This document shows, one piece after another, positions 9,301 to 18,535 of a stretch of 64,000 nt of DNA. The stretch covers positions 2,931 to 66,930 of the forward strand of contig JAGAYZ010000004.1 of NCBI GenBank assembly GCA_017940245.1, written 5' to 3'. The DNA is from Muribaculaceae bacterium. GTDB lineage: Bacteria > Bacteroidota > Bacteroidia > Bacteroidales > Muribaculaceae. Numbering within the stretch: the first letter of the stretch is position 1; each line of letters opens with the position of its first letter. The translations under genes were made by a program, and so were the position numbers. Below the pieces are notes generated by a model. The model searched no databases. It was not told the DNA's origin and saw nothing but the letters and a program-made list of their open reading frames with translations.

Positions 9301-11915
9301 TCGGGTGAACTGGTGCCGATGGTGATGTGGGCCACATTGTTCTGGTCCACGCTGCGCCCGGCGGCAGGAATCCACATGGCTGTGTTCTTCACGGGCGCCT
9401 CCCTGTCGGTGAGACGATAGAGAATCACTTTTGCGTAGGCATAGCCCTGCTCATCATCGTCTTCTCGGCCGGGGATTGACACCTTAATATTATATACGCC
9501 CGATGGCATTTTGGTGAGGTCGATAGTGGGCTTGGCCGTGTCGAGACGTCCTGTAGCCACCGTGTCGCCGGTCTCAAAGCTGGTAAGCATCCAGTCGCAA
9601 GTGATAGACTTTTCGGTTTCGCTGGTGGTGTTATACACGAGCGGTAACGTGAGTGGTTTCGTGTTGACGTGCGTGGTCTCGTAGCTGGTAAATTCCAGTC
9701 CGCTACGTTCGCCCACGATAAACGCGTGTGCTGCATCTTGCGTCTCGCCGGCGGCATCGGTGCACGCAGCCTGGAGGCTATAGTTGTAATGAGCCCAGCG
9801 GTAGTATGATACGGTGTTCTCTTTAAAGAGCGTAGCCGGGAACTCGATGGTGAAGTGCCCGTTGGCATCGGTGGTCACCACGCTGTCTTGCAGCAGTTCG
9901 CCTTTTTCGCGGCTGCTGTAGCGCCACCACCAGTTCCACGCGTTTTGGTAGAGTTGCAGCTTGACTTCGGCATTGGCAACGGGCATTCCGCTGTAGGTTT
10001 CCACCAGGCCGGTAATCTTGACCGGCTCCCCTTTAATGAAGCTAAACTTGGCATCGGGGAAGGTGACGGCAAAGGTGGGCGTTTTGTACTCGCTCACGTC
10101 CACGTGGTGATAGGCTATGGTGCCATATTTTGATTCGGCATCGGAAATCGCAATGGAGAAACTGCCATTCATGCGGTCGGTGGGGACAACGAATTTGCCC
10201 TCGGCGCGGCCATACTGGTCGGTGACCACTATGACGGTATCAACGCCTTTTCCGTTGGGGTCACGAAAAGCGACCCGCAGTTTCTTTTGGGTTAACAGTT
10301 GGCGCATGTTGACGCTTGTCTGTGACGCAATCAGCGACCATTGAATGGTTTCGCCCGGGCGATAGATGGCCAAGTCGGTAAATACGTTGACCTCGGTATT
10401 AAGTCCTCTTGCGCTCAATTCATGCGCGTAGAATGAAATCGTGGGGCCATATTTGTCTTCGCCATAAGCAGCCATATAATCACCATAGGCGGTTCTGGAA
10501 TCACCGGGCAGTTCGATGCTTCCCTCGGCATTGGTGATGCGGGTGGTGCAATAGCCCTTCTCCCTGTCGTTGTTCTTGAGAGGACCAGTGATGCTCACTC
10601 CCTTGAGGGGGATGCCGGTGGTGGCATTGACGGCGAAAATGCGGTTGTTGCTTTCCTCTGAGCTTTCATCGTCGCTCACGTGGCTCAGGTTAAACATGAT
10701 GATGTCGGTGACCGTGAGCAACTGGTGGCGACCCACAGGATCCAAGGTCGTCTTTTTGCCATTGGCCGTGTAGGAGGGAACAATCACATATTGGCCATAG
10801 GGCAATGCGCTAAGTTCAGCGCGATAATCATTCTTATAGAAGGGCACGGTGCCTTCGATGTGGTGCTGCTCGCTGTGTACGAGTTTGAGCCGGCTCACGT
10901 CCAGGTCATCGCCGTAGCGGTTGCGATTGGAAGAAATCAAGTTGTCGGGAACGCGATAGACGTTGATGGTGAAGTCGTTAGTGTTGTTAACTTTGACATC
11001 CACCTTGATGCGTTGGCCTGTGGTGGCATACTCGGGGTAGCTGAGCTGCACATTCTGACTTTCGATGTAATAAATCTTATTGAGTACAGCCGGGGTGTAT
11101 CTCGATTGAGGGAAACGCGCTACATATTCCTTGAAATAAGGATAATAATCGTTGTAAGCGCTTGTTTGGCTCAAGGCTAGACCTACGTGTTCTTCGGTAG
11201 AAAACTCTTTGTAAATGTCGCCGGTTAGACGGCGGTTTTCTATGAGAGCGTAGATGTGAGCCGGAACATTGCTTTTGGTTCCGTTCACCCAATCGGTGTC
11301 GATGCGATTCTTCAGTGGTTGAGCGTCGCAATCGTCGGCCAGTTCACTGCATTTCATCGACAGGAACTCAAATAGTGTGGGTACATACACGGCTCCCATG
11401 TCGTCGTAGCGAAGCAATCCCTTCAGGCTGGTGACGGGCACGGCCTTGAGGGCCTCGGGCTGGCTCATGGCTGCCTCGATGAGCTGGATGGCTTTGCCGT
11501 TAAGTTGCGTGCGGTCCCATTCCGAGTAGTCGGCAGGCAACGTCGTATCGGTGGGGTTGATGCGGTCGTGTCGCTCGTAGTGGTTGCGATAAGCGATGAA
11601 AACACTGGCCTCAAAATAGCGGAGCAACGCCTTAATTTCAGGTTTCTTTTCAAGTGCGATGGTGGAATCGATGCGCGACACGATTTGCCCCATGTTTTCT
11701 TGCGAAATGCCGCTCTGCGCTATGCTGTAACGGATGAGTGCATCTACCACCACTTGTCCGTTGCCCGTCTTGAGAGCCTGGTTCAGGTCGGCGATGGCGT
11801 TTTTCGACACGTCTTGCGGATAGTTGAAGTCAATCACAGACTTTTCCTTGCTGTGTGACCAAAATGGGAAGAGAGCCATAATGGTGAAAAATAGAATGAA
11901 ACGATATAACTTCAT
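6321..11915 (-). CDS. Bacterial alpha-2-macroglobulin family protein
   Basis: 1864 aa with signal peptide; FTDLAIYRPGE (MG2), TFRDKLVPGEHE, TALWMPML, QLSDGGWPWF, and C-terminal DERAACFEP...YAPQ. Confidence 0.9.
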   Translation of the reverse strand: MKLYRFILFFTIMALFPFWSHSKEKSVIDFNYPQDVSKNAIADLNQALKTGNGQVVVDALIRYSIAQSGISQENMGQIVSRIDSTIALEKKPEIKALLRYFEASVFIAYRNHYERHDRINPTDTTLPADYSEWDRTQLNGKAIQLIEAAMSQPEALKAVPVTSLKGLLRYDDMGAVYVPTLFEFLSMKCSELADDCDAQPLKNRIDTDWVNGTKSNVPAHIYALIENRRLTGDIYKEFSTEEHVGLALSQTSAYNDYYPYFKEYVARFPQSRYTPAVLNKIYYIESQNVQLSYPEYATTGQRIKVDVKVNNTNDFTINVYRVPDNLISSNRNRYGDDLDVSRLKLVHSEQHHIEGTVPFYKNDYRAELSALPYGQYVIVPSYTANGKKTTLDPVGRHQLLTVTDIIMFNLSHVSDDESSEESNNRIFAVNATTGIPLKGVSITGPLKNNDREKGYCTTRITNAEGSIELPGDSRTAYGDYMAAYGEDKYGPTISFYAHELSARGLNTEVNVFTDLAIYRPGETIQWSLIASQTSVNMRQLLTQKKLRVAFRDPNGKGVDTVIVVTDQYGRAEGKFVVPTDRMNGSFSIAISDAESKYGTIAYHHVDVSEYKTPTFAVTFPDAKFSFIKGEPVKITGLVETYSGMPVANAEVKLQLYQNAWNWWWRYSSREKGELLQDSVVTTDANGHFTIEFPATLFKENTVSYYRWAHYNYSLQAACTDAAGETQDAAHAFIVGERSGLEFTSYETTHVNTKPLTLPLVYNTTSETEKSITCDWMLTSFETGDTVATGRLDTAKPTIDLTKMPSGVYNIKVSIPGREDDDEQGYAYAKVILYRLTDREAPVKNTAMWIPAAGRSVDQNNVAHITIGTSSPESHIYYIAQSRHKIVAQGWLHYKPGMHTLDIAIPKADEEFISVQLVSAHERQTLRESFTMRAPEYAQQLKVKITTFRDKLVPGEHEHWTMQLVDKDGKPRPGALMLEMMDKAINSLADNTWQFSVPLSSQSLFSMRSMSLVGNNSTELKWQHKTLNEARYSVPELYTYDQNLFGYLSRARYRMGAAAGGAMMLESAMPMMRKGMQMNATLDTGMAEMEETVDAMSADYNEEKSVITQEAQAQLDNIKLREADVKTALWMPMLTSDDQGNVQIEFDAPEFNTTWVMQAIGYDQQLYTDRTSREVLTQKPIMVKSSVPRFLRHGDVVTLAANVQNATEAATKATAIIELFDPRSGDIYKTQSVPVSLDAMGTQAVKIPWTVPADIPFVGFRIKAATSEFGDGEQVMIPVLEAISPVIETKPFYIEAGKQQFVTDLPQFTDGARITLEYCDNPVWYCVTALPTIFDENYEISTRMAHNLFAIEVAQGVAKAQPQIREAVAYWKSHAEDSTLVSMLAKNQDLKIGTLMASPWVREADRQTLRMSRLDELMNETLMTTERNKIIDALQKMQLSDGGWPWFTHPGCKSSYYTTQTVLELIGEIRHLGFLHADEAIKRMTTRAVAYLDSETLRMHKESHNKKELGWLSDYAYVRTLYKDVPLKGESKSLFDKVIKYMNKNWGKGLSLGQKAFTAMTLNRNGYQATARNIMESVRQFALVKPELGMYWDNLQMGWRYVDKVGVTATILQALNECDPRQQELDNVRKWMLLMKQTNDWGSSSLAADAVYSLLSTGSQWLERNPMPTVTVGGEKVTFDKVDEYLGYCRKTIPAHPGASVIIEREGNSPAWGAIYSQFRARMTDIQEVAITELSINKEFYRYNNDGTLSSATSFKVGDKVQVRLVIKNNKDLDFVTVKDERAACFEPLDQTSHYERADYSWYYHETKDAITNLFFTDLQKGTHVINYDVYVTATGQFSAGIATAQCQYAPQITAHSAGRSITVE

Positions 11916-12020
11916 AGTAGTTTAATTTTAGACGGGTTCTTTTTGAAAAAATGCCTTTCAAGGGGCCAGAATGTTTCTAGCCGGCCAGGAAAGGCATGGG
12001 ATAATGTTATGAAACTCGTT

Positions 12021-12449
12021 TTATTTCTTGCGTCCGCGCAGCATGGTGCGTGTGAACTTGCTCTCGGCTTGCTTGAGCAGGAACAGCTGGCGCTTGCTGA
12101 GCATCTTGGAGAATTTATCGAAGTACTTGGCTTCGATTTCCCCTTCGCGCACCTTGGCGCGCGACAAGGCTTCGGCTGCTTGCGCATATTCGCTGTCGGA
12201 GGGCGATTTTTTCTTTTCCACTTCGGCAGCCAGCGTGCGGGCATCGCGGTTGGTCTGGTAGATTTCACGTTCCATCTCTTGATAGACGGGCATGAACTGC
12301 TCTTGCTGGGTGGGGGAGAGCCCCACGGTTTCGATAATCATTTTATGCTTGGCTTCAAGCATTTCCTGTCCCCACTTCGACCGGTTGCCTTGTGCGGCAG
12401 CTGTCAGTGCCACCGCCGCAATGATGAGTATAGTGAAAATTTTTTTCAT
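12021..12449 (-). CDS. Periplasmic helical protein (Spy/CpxP-like)
   Basis: Signal peptide; GLSPTQQEQFMPVY motif; typical third gene of Bacteroidales ECF clusters. Confidence 0.7.
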   Translation of the reverse strand: MKKIFTILIIAAVALTAAAQGNRSKWGQEMLEAKHKMIIETVGLSPTQQEQFMPVYQEMEREIYQTNRDARTLAAEVEKKKSPSDSEYAQAAEALSRAKVREGEIEAKYFDKFSKMLSKRQLFLLKQAESKFTRTMLRGRKK

Positions 12450-12462
12450 ACATTATTAAAAT

Positions 12463-12505
12463 TAAAAAACCGCAAACCAAGAGCTTTGTGAGTTCTGATT
12501 TGCGG
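12463..12505 (-). terminator. Intrinsic terminator-like hairpin
   Basis: ccgcaaa...tttgcgg stem with an adjacent A-tract (U-tract on the minus strand). Confidence 0.5.
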
Positions 12506-12521
12506 GTGATAAAGTTTTCGC

Positions 12522-12917
12522 TCAATCGTTTAGGTGTTCATCAGTGTCCATGAGCACACTGTCTTCATAGGACATGATGTCGTAGTCGCTGGCCCCGCCA
12601 CTCATAATGAACTCATCGGCGTTGTTGTCCATATACATGCCGCTGGCCACTTCGCTCACACGCTGCTCAGCACTGATATTTTGGTTGAAATGGCTGAACA
12701 CGTGCATCATGCACCACACTCCGGCAAACATGGCAGCCATGTATAGGTAGGGCCGTACCCTGACCCACATCGATGGCTTGGCGTCTACCTCGGTAATTTC
12801 GACCTCGGGCAGCATTTCCATCATGCGTGCCTGGAAGTCTTCGAAGTAGTTCTCCGGAATCTTGAATCCCGGATCCTTACCCAATCGTTTCAGTATTTCG
12901 CTTTCTTCTTGTTTCAT
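12522..12917 (-). CDS. Putative membrane anti-sigma factor
   Basis: GFKIPENYFEDF motif, single TM helix (YLYMAAMFAGVWCMM), directly after the ECF sigma gene. Confidence 0.75.
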   Translation of the reverse strand: MKQEESEILKRLGKDPGFKIPENYFEDFQARMMEMLPEVEITEVDAKPSMWVRVRPYLYMAAMFAGVWCMMHVFSHFNQNISAEQRVSEVASGMYMDNNADEFIMSGGASDYDIMSYEDSVLMDTDEHLND

Positions 12918-12950
12918 GACACTGGTTTGACTCTATCAGTTAAGAAAGGT

Positions 12951-13511
12951 TTAATCGTGCTCTTCAAAAAAAGCTTCAATTTTTTTGATGGCATGATGGT
13001 AACTGGCTTTTAGCGCACCGGTGGAGGTGCCCAGCACTTGCGACATGTCTTCATATTTCATGTCGTCGTAGTAGCGCATATTGAACACCAGGCGTTGTTT
13101 CTCGGGCAGTGTGGCAATGGCTTGCTGGAGCAGCACTTGAGCCTGGTCGCCGTCGAACCATCGGTCGCTCTCTAGTGTGTTGACCAAGAAACTGTCGTCG
13201 TCATCGAGCGAGATGTTGTTTTGTGCCTTTTTCTTGTTGATGAAGGTGATGGACTCGTTGATGGCGATTTTGTAAAGCCATGTCGAGAGTTTTGCGTCGC
13301 CACGGAAATTGTCGATACTTGTCCATGCCTTGAGGAATGTGTTCTGCAGCACATCGTTGGCATCGTCGTGGTCAATGACCATGCGACGTATCTGCCAGTA
13401 GAGTGTGCTGGAATAGTGCGCAATTACCTCACCGAAGGCCGCTCGCGCAGTGTCTTGATGATGCAGTCGTTCAACGACTGCCGCTTCGTCGTATGTGCTT
13501 CGTGATGCCAT
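12951..13511 (-). CDS. ECF RNA polymerase sigma-70 factor
   Basis: Region 2 DANDVLQNTFLKAW...FRGDAKLSTWLYKIAIN; region 4 LPEKQRLVFNMRYY. Confidence 0.95.
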   Translation of the reverse strand: MASRSTYDEAAVVERLHHQDTARAAFGEVIAHYSSTLYWQIRRMVIDHDDANDVLQNTFLKAWTSIDNFRGDAKLSTWLYKIAINESITFINKKKAQNNISLDDDDSFLVNTLESDRWFDGDQAQVLLQQAIATLPEKQRLVFNMRYYDDMKYEDMSQVLGTSTGALKASYHHAIKKIEAFFEEHD

Positions 13512-13601
13512 TGTGAGCGTAAAGTTACGTTTTTTTCTCCGATATCTAGCAAAAAATGCGCCAAAAGGCGCATTTTATTTCGGTTTTTTAAGAAATTCGC
13601 A

Positions 13602-14423
13602 TCAGAACATATTGCCTGTAGCCTTGACTGTTCCCAGCCCGTCGATGGTATAATCGACGGAGAAAGAGAAGTCGCGCATGTTGATGATGCCATCCAATGA
13701 GGTGAGCTGGTTATTGGCACCACTGGAGTTGTTAAGCGGGTCACCGCTGTTGTGATAGATGTGCAGTCCCTGGGCGCATGGCTCCACATCCAGTCCGGCA
13801 TAGCTGGCTCCCACACTGAAGGGAGTCATGTTTATTCCGCTCACACCCATGGTGGCAGTGCGGTTTTCGGTGGTGAGGCTTAAGAAGTTAAAGCGATAGA
13901 AACTGCCTGTCTCTGTGATGACTTGCGCGTCGCTTTCACGGGTGATAATGCTGGTGGCATCCTTGAAGAAAAGTGTGCTCATCAAGCCCGTTACTTCATA
14001 TTTCCCATCGACTGTGGCCTTGACATAGTGGCGCAAATTTTGTTGAATGTCGCGCACTTCGATAAAGAGCCGCAGACTGTTGACGGTGTGTGTGCCTGCA
14101 GTGGCGGGTGCGCTGGTTTGAATCAAGTAGCCACTGTTGTTGCTGTCGTAGGTTACGGGAACATCGTTCAGTTGCAAGGTGACCGGATCGCCATCGATGC
14201 CGAACACGTAGGCCAGTTGAGCTGTCATGCGGGTGACGTTCACATAGACTTGTATGGCGCCATAGTTGACGCCCACCAGTTCATCTTCTACGGTATTATA
14301 GGTGTGATTTACCATCTGTGTGGCCGGCAGGTAGAGAATGTTGTCTTGCGGTTCATCGTTGCCACATGCGGTCATGGTTAGCAGCAGAGCCATGCTGGTG
14401 AGTGAGAAAATCAATTTCTTCAT
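13602..14423 (-). CDS. Beta-rich lipoprotein
   Basis: Lipobox MTAC followed by acidic GNDEP. Confidence 0.8.
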   Translation of the reverse strand: MKKLIFSLTSMALLLTMTACGNDEPQDNILYLPATQMVNHTYNTVEDELVGVNYGAIQVYVNVTRMTAQLAYVFGIDGDPVTLQLNDVPVTYDSNNSGYLIQTSAPATAGTHTVNSLRLFIEVRDIQQNLRHYVKATVDGKYEVTGLMSTLFFKDATSIITRESDAQVITETGSFYRFNFLSLTTENRTATMGVSGINMTPFSVGASYAGLDVEPCAQGLHIYHNSGDPLNNSSGANNQLTSLDGIINMRDFSFSVDYTIDGLGTVKATGNMF

Positions 14424-14438
14424 TTTGGTCGGAGCGTA

Positions 14439-15380
14439 TTAATTGAGGTTACTGTCTTTGAAAAATTTTCCGCTAGCTGTCACGTTGATGTCGTCCACTT
14501 GTGTGGGACGGCCTGCATCGGAGCCTTCCTTGTCGTAGGTGAGCACATGGCGCAGCACAAAGCTAGCGGTCATGGTGCCACTGGTGAGATTCACATCGTT
14601 GACCAAATCGCGAATCGTATAGTAGGGATAAGATTTCCCGTCAATCAAGTAGTTGGTGGTCAGCCCAGTACCGTCCACTCCTGTTGTGGTGGCCTGGCTG
14701 GCAGTGAGACGATAACCTGTTTCTGTCACTTCAAGGCCCACATCACTGCCCTTGAGCGATTGGAGAAATTGGCCCAGACGCTTAAAAGTGCCCTCCGCTT
14801 CTCTCATGTCCTTGGCAATTTCTATGTCGCTGATGAGCACATTGGCTTTCTGTCCGCCGGTGGCGACTTGTGTAATCCAGTTACTGTGATTATAGGTGCT
14901 CTTGATGTCATCGCCGTAATCGAAGTTCAGGCTCACTTGGTTGAAGAACACGTCGGGGATGTTGACGCACACATGGTGCCCATTCACATCGCACTGGAAA
15001 ATAGCCATCGGGTCCGACATGTCGATTATGCCGCGCAAATTAGTCACTGCGGCATTGCTAGTTTGAGCCTGATTAAAACTAAAGCGATAAGTTTCTCCAT
15101 CGCGGGTTAGAGCGACGTTGGTAATATTGAACACCTGCTTGGCTCCATCGATGGGGATGTTGAGCACCATGTCGGCCTTAAGGGCAGTGATGTGCATGCT
15201 GTAGGTGTTCTCGTCGCCAATCGTGAGGGTGGCTTCGTGTGTCGTGGTGTTCAATACGTGGGTGAGAGCCTTGACTTTCATCTCGCGATTGTCGCGGTTG
15301 ATTTCGGGCTCGTCGCTACCGCAAGCAGTGAGTGCAAGCATAAGGCCTGCCAATGCGGCAAAAAACAATGTTTTTCTCAT
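14439..15380 (-). CDS. Beta-rich lipoprotein, likely a distant paralog of 13602..14423
   Basis: Lipobox LTAC followed by GSDEPE; similar layout and C-terminus (VTASGKFF vs VKATGNMF). Confidence 0.8.
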   Translation of the reverse strand: MRKTLFFAALAGLMLALTACGSDEPEINRDNREMKVKALTHVLNTTTHEATLTIGDENTYSMHITALKADMVLNIPIDGAKQVFNITNVALTRDGETYRFSFNQAQTSNAAVTNLRGIIDMSDPMAIFQCDVNGHHVCVNIPDVFFNQVSLNFDYGDDIKSTYNHSNWITQVATGGQKANVLISDIEIAKDMREAEGTFKRLGQFLQSLKGSDVGLEVTETGYRLTASQATTTGVDGTGLTTNYLIDGKSYPYYTIRDLVNDVNLTSGTMTASFVLRHVLTYDKEGSDAGRPTQVDDINVTASGKFFKDSNLN

Positions 15381-15424
15381 GTTATCCTATATTTATTAAT
15401 GCGCAAAATTACGAATAAACTCTA

Positions 15425-15468
15425 ATAAAAGACGCTGAGCCGCGCTAAATGTTGCACTGCTCAGCGTT
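15425..15468 (-). terminator. Intrinsic terminator-like hairpin
   Basis: acgctgagc...gctcagcgt stem with A-tracts. Confidence 0.55.
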
Positions 15469-15509
15469 AAAAATTAAAAAAACCGTAGTGACTCCTTGAT
15501 GGTGATTTG

Positions 15510-16145
15510 TCATTCGGTGAATGTGATCGTGCCGTTCTGATCATACTGGCCACCATGGCACTTAAAGGTGATGGTGAAAGTCTTGGCCTCCAGGTTGAGC
15601 ACGCACTTAAGGTCGGTGACGTTATACTGGGGGTCGCCCATTGGAATGAACCCGCTACCTCGCAGCATCTCGGGAGCGATGTCGGTGTCGTCGAATGTGA
15701 TGACGTTGCCCGTGCGTGTGAATTTGGCATCGGGAATGCGGATGGTCATAGCGGGCGACTGGCGGTCGCCGATGGTGAACACCACGTTATATACCGTAAT
15801 GGAGCCGGTGCCCATTGCTTCATCTAGTTTAAACTCGAAGTGAGTGTCGTTTTCGTTGGCGTATTCGCTGGAAATCAACCCATCTTTCACTTGTATTACT
15901 TGTCCAAGAATGATATTGATAATCCGATTTACGTCTTCGACATCAACACGGCCGTCTTGGTTTACATCGCTTTTAGCTAATAAGTCATCGCTTGAAGATA
16001 TCTTCAATATTACGTTAATAATTGTATTGACATCTTCAACATCTACTTTGTTGTCGTTGGTAAGATCGCCTAATGTGGCCGACCAAGCCGGCATGCTTGT
16101 CATCATGATGGCCATGGCAGCCATCATTGTCATGATTTTTTTCAT
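15510..16145 (-). CDS. Secreted protein with N-terminal dockerin-like domain and C-terminal calycin-like beta domain
   Basis: GDLTNDNKVDVEDVNTIINVILK and DVNQDGRVDVEDVNRIINIIL directly after the signal peptide. The calycin-like call is inference. Confidence 0.8.
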   Translation of the reverse strand: MKKIMTMMAAMAIMMTSMPAWSATLGDLTNDNKVDVEDVNTIINVILKISSSDDLLAKSDVNQDGRVDVEDVNRIINIILGQVIQVKDGLISSEYANENDTHFEFKLDEAMGTGSITVYNVVFTIGDRQSPAMTIRIPDAKFTRTGNVITFDDTDIAPEMLRGSGFIPMGDPQYNVTDLKCVLNLEAKTFTITFKCHGGQYDQNGTITFTE

Positions 16146-16185
16146 TTTGTTTTAGTACTATTTTAATTGTTATTATCGTTACAGG

Positions 16186-18408
16186 TTAAAATTGTAGTCG
16201 CAGTGTGGCTCCAAATGAACGCCCGTGTCCACGCTGCAGGAACTCGTGGCCGATAGACATGAAGTAGAACGTGCTGTAGCTGGTGCCGGTGAGGTTGCGT
16301 CCCCACACTTGCAGCGAGTAATGCTTGCCGGCAAGGGTGGCACTGGCTCCCATCAGGGCGTAGAATGGTTGATGCAGCGTGTTGTCTTCGTTCCAGTAAA
16401 TGCGTCCGGCACCGCTCACGTTGGCCGCCAGCGTGAGCGACCGCGCCCAGTCGCTGCTGCTCAAGGTGAACTCATGCAGTGCCTCGGCCCACAGCGTGTG
16501 GCTGGGGGCGTAAGGCACGTACTTGCCGCTATAGTCGGCCTTGCCGTTGTTATAGTGCTCAAAGGTTGCGTGCGTAAAGCCGTAACTGGCATTGAGGGTT
16601 GTGTGCAGGGTGGGACGCAACAACATCGACACTTCGGCTCCATAACTGCGTGTCTGACCAGCGTTGGTCATCATGCGTCCCGTAGTGAGTCCGTCGGGGA
16701 AGACGGTGAGTTGCCTGTCGCGGCAGTCCATATAGAATATATCGGCGTCAATGATGAAACGGCCTTGCCAGGTCTCCAGGTGTGTGCCTAGCTCAAAGTT
16801 CCAGGCTTTTTCGGGCTTGTAACTCACGATTTCATCTACATTGTAGGCCAGTCCTATGCCCATCATGCGCATGAGTCGCTGCTGCAGCACGTCGCTAAAC
16901 ATCTGTGTGTTGAAGCCGCCGGCCTTGCTGCCGCGCGCTACGGTCAAGTAGATGCGGTTGGCGGGGTCGTTCAGGTGATAGGTGATGCCAAAGCGAGGCA
17001 AGAGTTGCACGAAGTCTTTCTTGAGCGTTCCGCGGTCGTCGATGTCAATGGCTTCGTGCACAAATACGGTGCCGGTGGCCGCCTGGATAATGTCGTAGCC
17101 GGTGTGGGTCTCACTGTGGTAGTTGAGGGTGGTGTGCTCGTAGTCGAGGCGCAATGCGGCCGTGAAAGTGAATCTGTTCCAGTCTAGCTCGCTCTGGTGA
17201 TAGATGGCGCCTCCCCACATGGGCATGGTGAAGTCGCTGCCCAGCAAAAACGAGCGCGTGTCCCAGGCTACGGGGTAGGCCGGTATTGCCTCGTTGACAT
17301 GCCGTTCAATGAGTTCGGCAATGCCGGTATCTTTGAATGTGACTGGTGCGTTCATGTCCATGTGGCGGTAGAAGCCAAAGATGCCTCCCATCCAGCGGTA
17401 ACGCTGGTTGCGGGCACCGCGCACGACCACGTCTTGTGTTACGGCATGCTCGCGTCTGGCTTGTGTGAGGGTGAAGTAGGGCAGGGATGTGAAATCCTGG
17501 TCCAGTGTCATGTTATCGTCGAGATACTGGTAGCTGGTGATGCTCGACAGGGTGGCGCGGTCCCACGACTTGACGATGGTGAGACCATCCATCACGCTGG
17601 TGCGGCGATAGAAGCAAGTGTCGTTGTAGGCAATGTGGCCTGCGCCCACTTGCTCATAGGGGTACCCGCCCTGGCGACTGGCCGATGCCGTGAACACGTT
17701 AGTCAGCATGAGCGATGTGCTGGGTCGCCATTCCAGTTTGAACCGCCCGCTGCCTTGGCGTTCCCAGTCGATGAGGCGACCGTTATGCTGATTGCGAAAT
17801 TCGCCATCGTTGCCCATGTAATAGGCCGTTACACCCAGTGCCCACTTGCTACTGGGGCGGGTGTAGTGACTCAGTCCCAGTTTATATAGGTTTCTCGAGC
17901 CATAGGTGGCCATGGCCCGAGTGCCCTGCCACTGCGATGGCGAGAGGGTGTATATGTTCATCAGTCCGCCCATGGTGTTGCGGCCGTAGAGTGTGCTCTG
18001 TGGGCCTCGCAGCATTTCGATGCGGGCGACATCCATCAAATCGAAGTCGTAGTTTTCCTTGCACATCACGGGCACGTTGTCCACGTTAAGCCCCACCGCA
18101 GGCTGGTCGATGCGTGTTCCCATGCCGCGCACATAGATGGAAGATGTCATGCGGCTACCATAGTCGGGGATAAAGAAATTGGGGACCAAAGTTGCTGCTG
18201 TTTTGACACCGGCCACATCGTTGCGCTCGGCTTCTCGCCGGCCGATGGCTGTTGTGGCTGTGGCAGAAGCATTGCCAACGCCTTGCTTGATAGCTGTGAC
18301 GGTGACGTCGCTCAGCTGTAGCGTGTCGGCGGCAACCTGCTCAGCCCCGGCATAGACACATGTCGTGGCAAGCACAGCAATGACGATTAAAGATGCCAAT
18401 TTTTTCAC
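16186..18408 (-). CDS. TonB-dependent outer-membrane receptor (non-SusC type)
   Basis: Plug motif RIEMLRGPQSTLYGRNTMGG; TonB-box-like DVTVTA; C-terminal Phe; GTG start. Confidence 0.92.
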   Translation of the reverse strand: MKKLASLIVIAVLATTCVYAGAEQVAADTLQLSDVTVTAIKQGVGNASATATTAIGRREAERNDVAGVKTAATLVPNFFIPDYGSRMTSSIYVRGMGTRIDQPAVGLNVDNVPVMCKENYDFDLMDVARIEMLRGPQSTLYGRNTMGGLMNIYTLSPSQWQGTRAMATYGSRNLYKLGLSHYTRPSSKWALGVTAYYMGNDGEFRNQHNGRLIDWERQGSGRFKLEWRPSTSLMLTNVFTASASRQGGYPYEQVGAGHIAYNDTCFYRRTSVMDGLTIVKSWDRATLSSITSYQYLDDNMTLDQDFTSLPYFTLTQARREHAVTQDVVVRGARNQRYRWMGGIFGFYRHMDMNAPVTFKDTGIAELIERHVNEAIPAYPVAWDTRSFLLGSDFTMPMWGGAIYHQSELDWNRFTFTAALRLDYEHTTLNYHSETHTGYDIIQAATGTVFVHEAIDIDDRGTLKKDFVQLLPRFGITYHLNDPANRIYLTVARGSKAGGFNTQMFSDVLQQRLMRMMGIGLAYNVDEIVSYKPEKAWNFELGTHLETWQGRFIIDADIFYMDCRDRQLTVFPDGLTTGRMMTNAGQTRSYGAEVSMLLRPTLHTTLNASYGFTHATFEHYNNGKADYSGKYVPYAPSHTLWAEALHEFTLSSSDWARSLTLAANVSGAGRIYWNEDNTLHQPFYALMGASATLAGKHYSLQVWGRNLTGTSYSTFYFMSIGHEFLQRGHGRSFGATLRLQF

Positions 18409-18535
18409 AATGCAAAATTACAGATACTTAGACAAGTACGCAATCACCACAAGTAGTGATAATGTGGTGAGTGAGAGCGTGCAAAATCATGCTGTGCTCT
18501 CACTCTTTTAAAAATGTGCCTATTTATAGTTGGAT

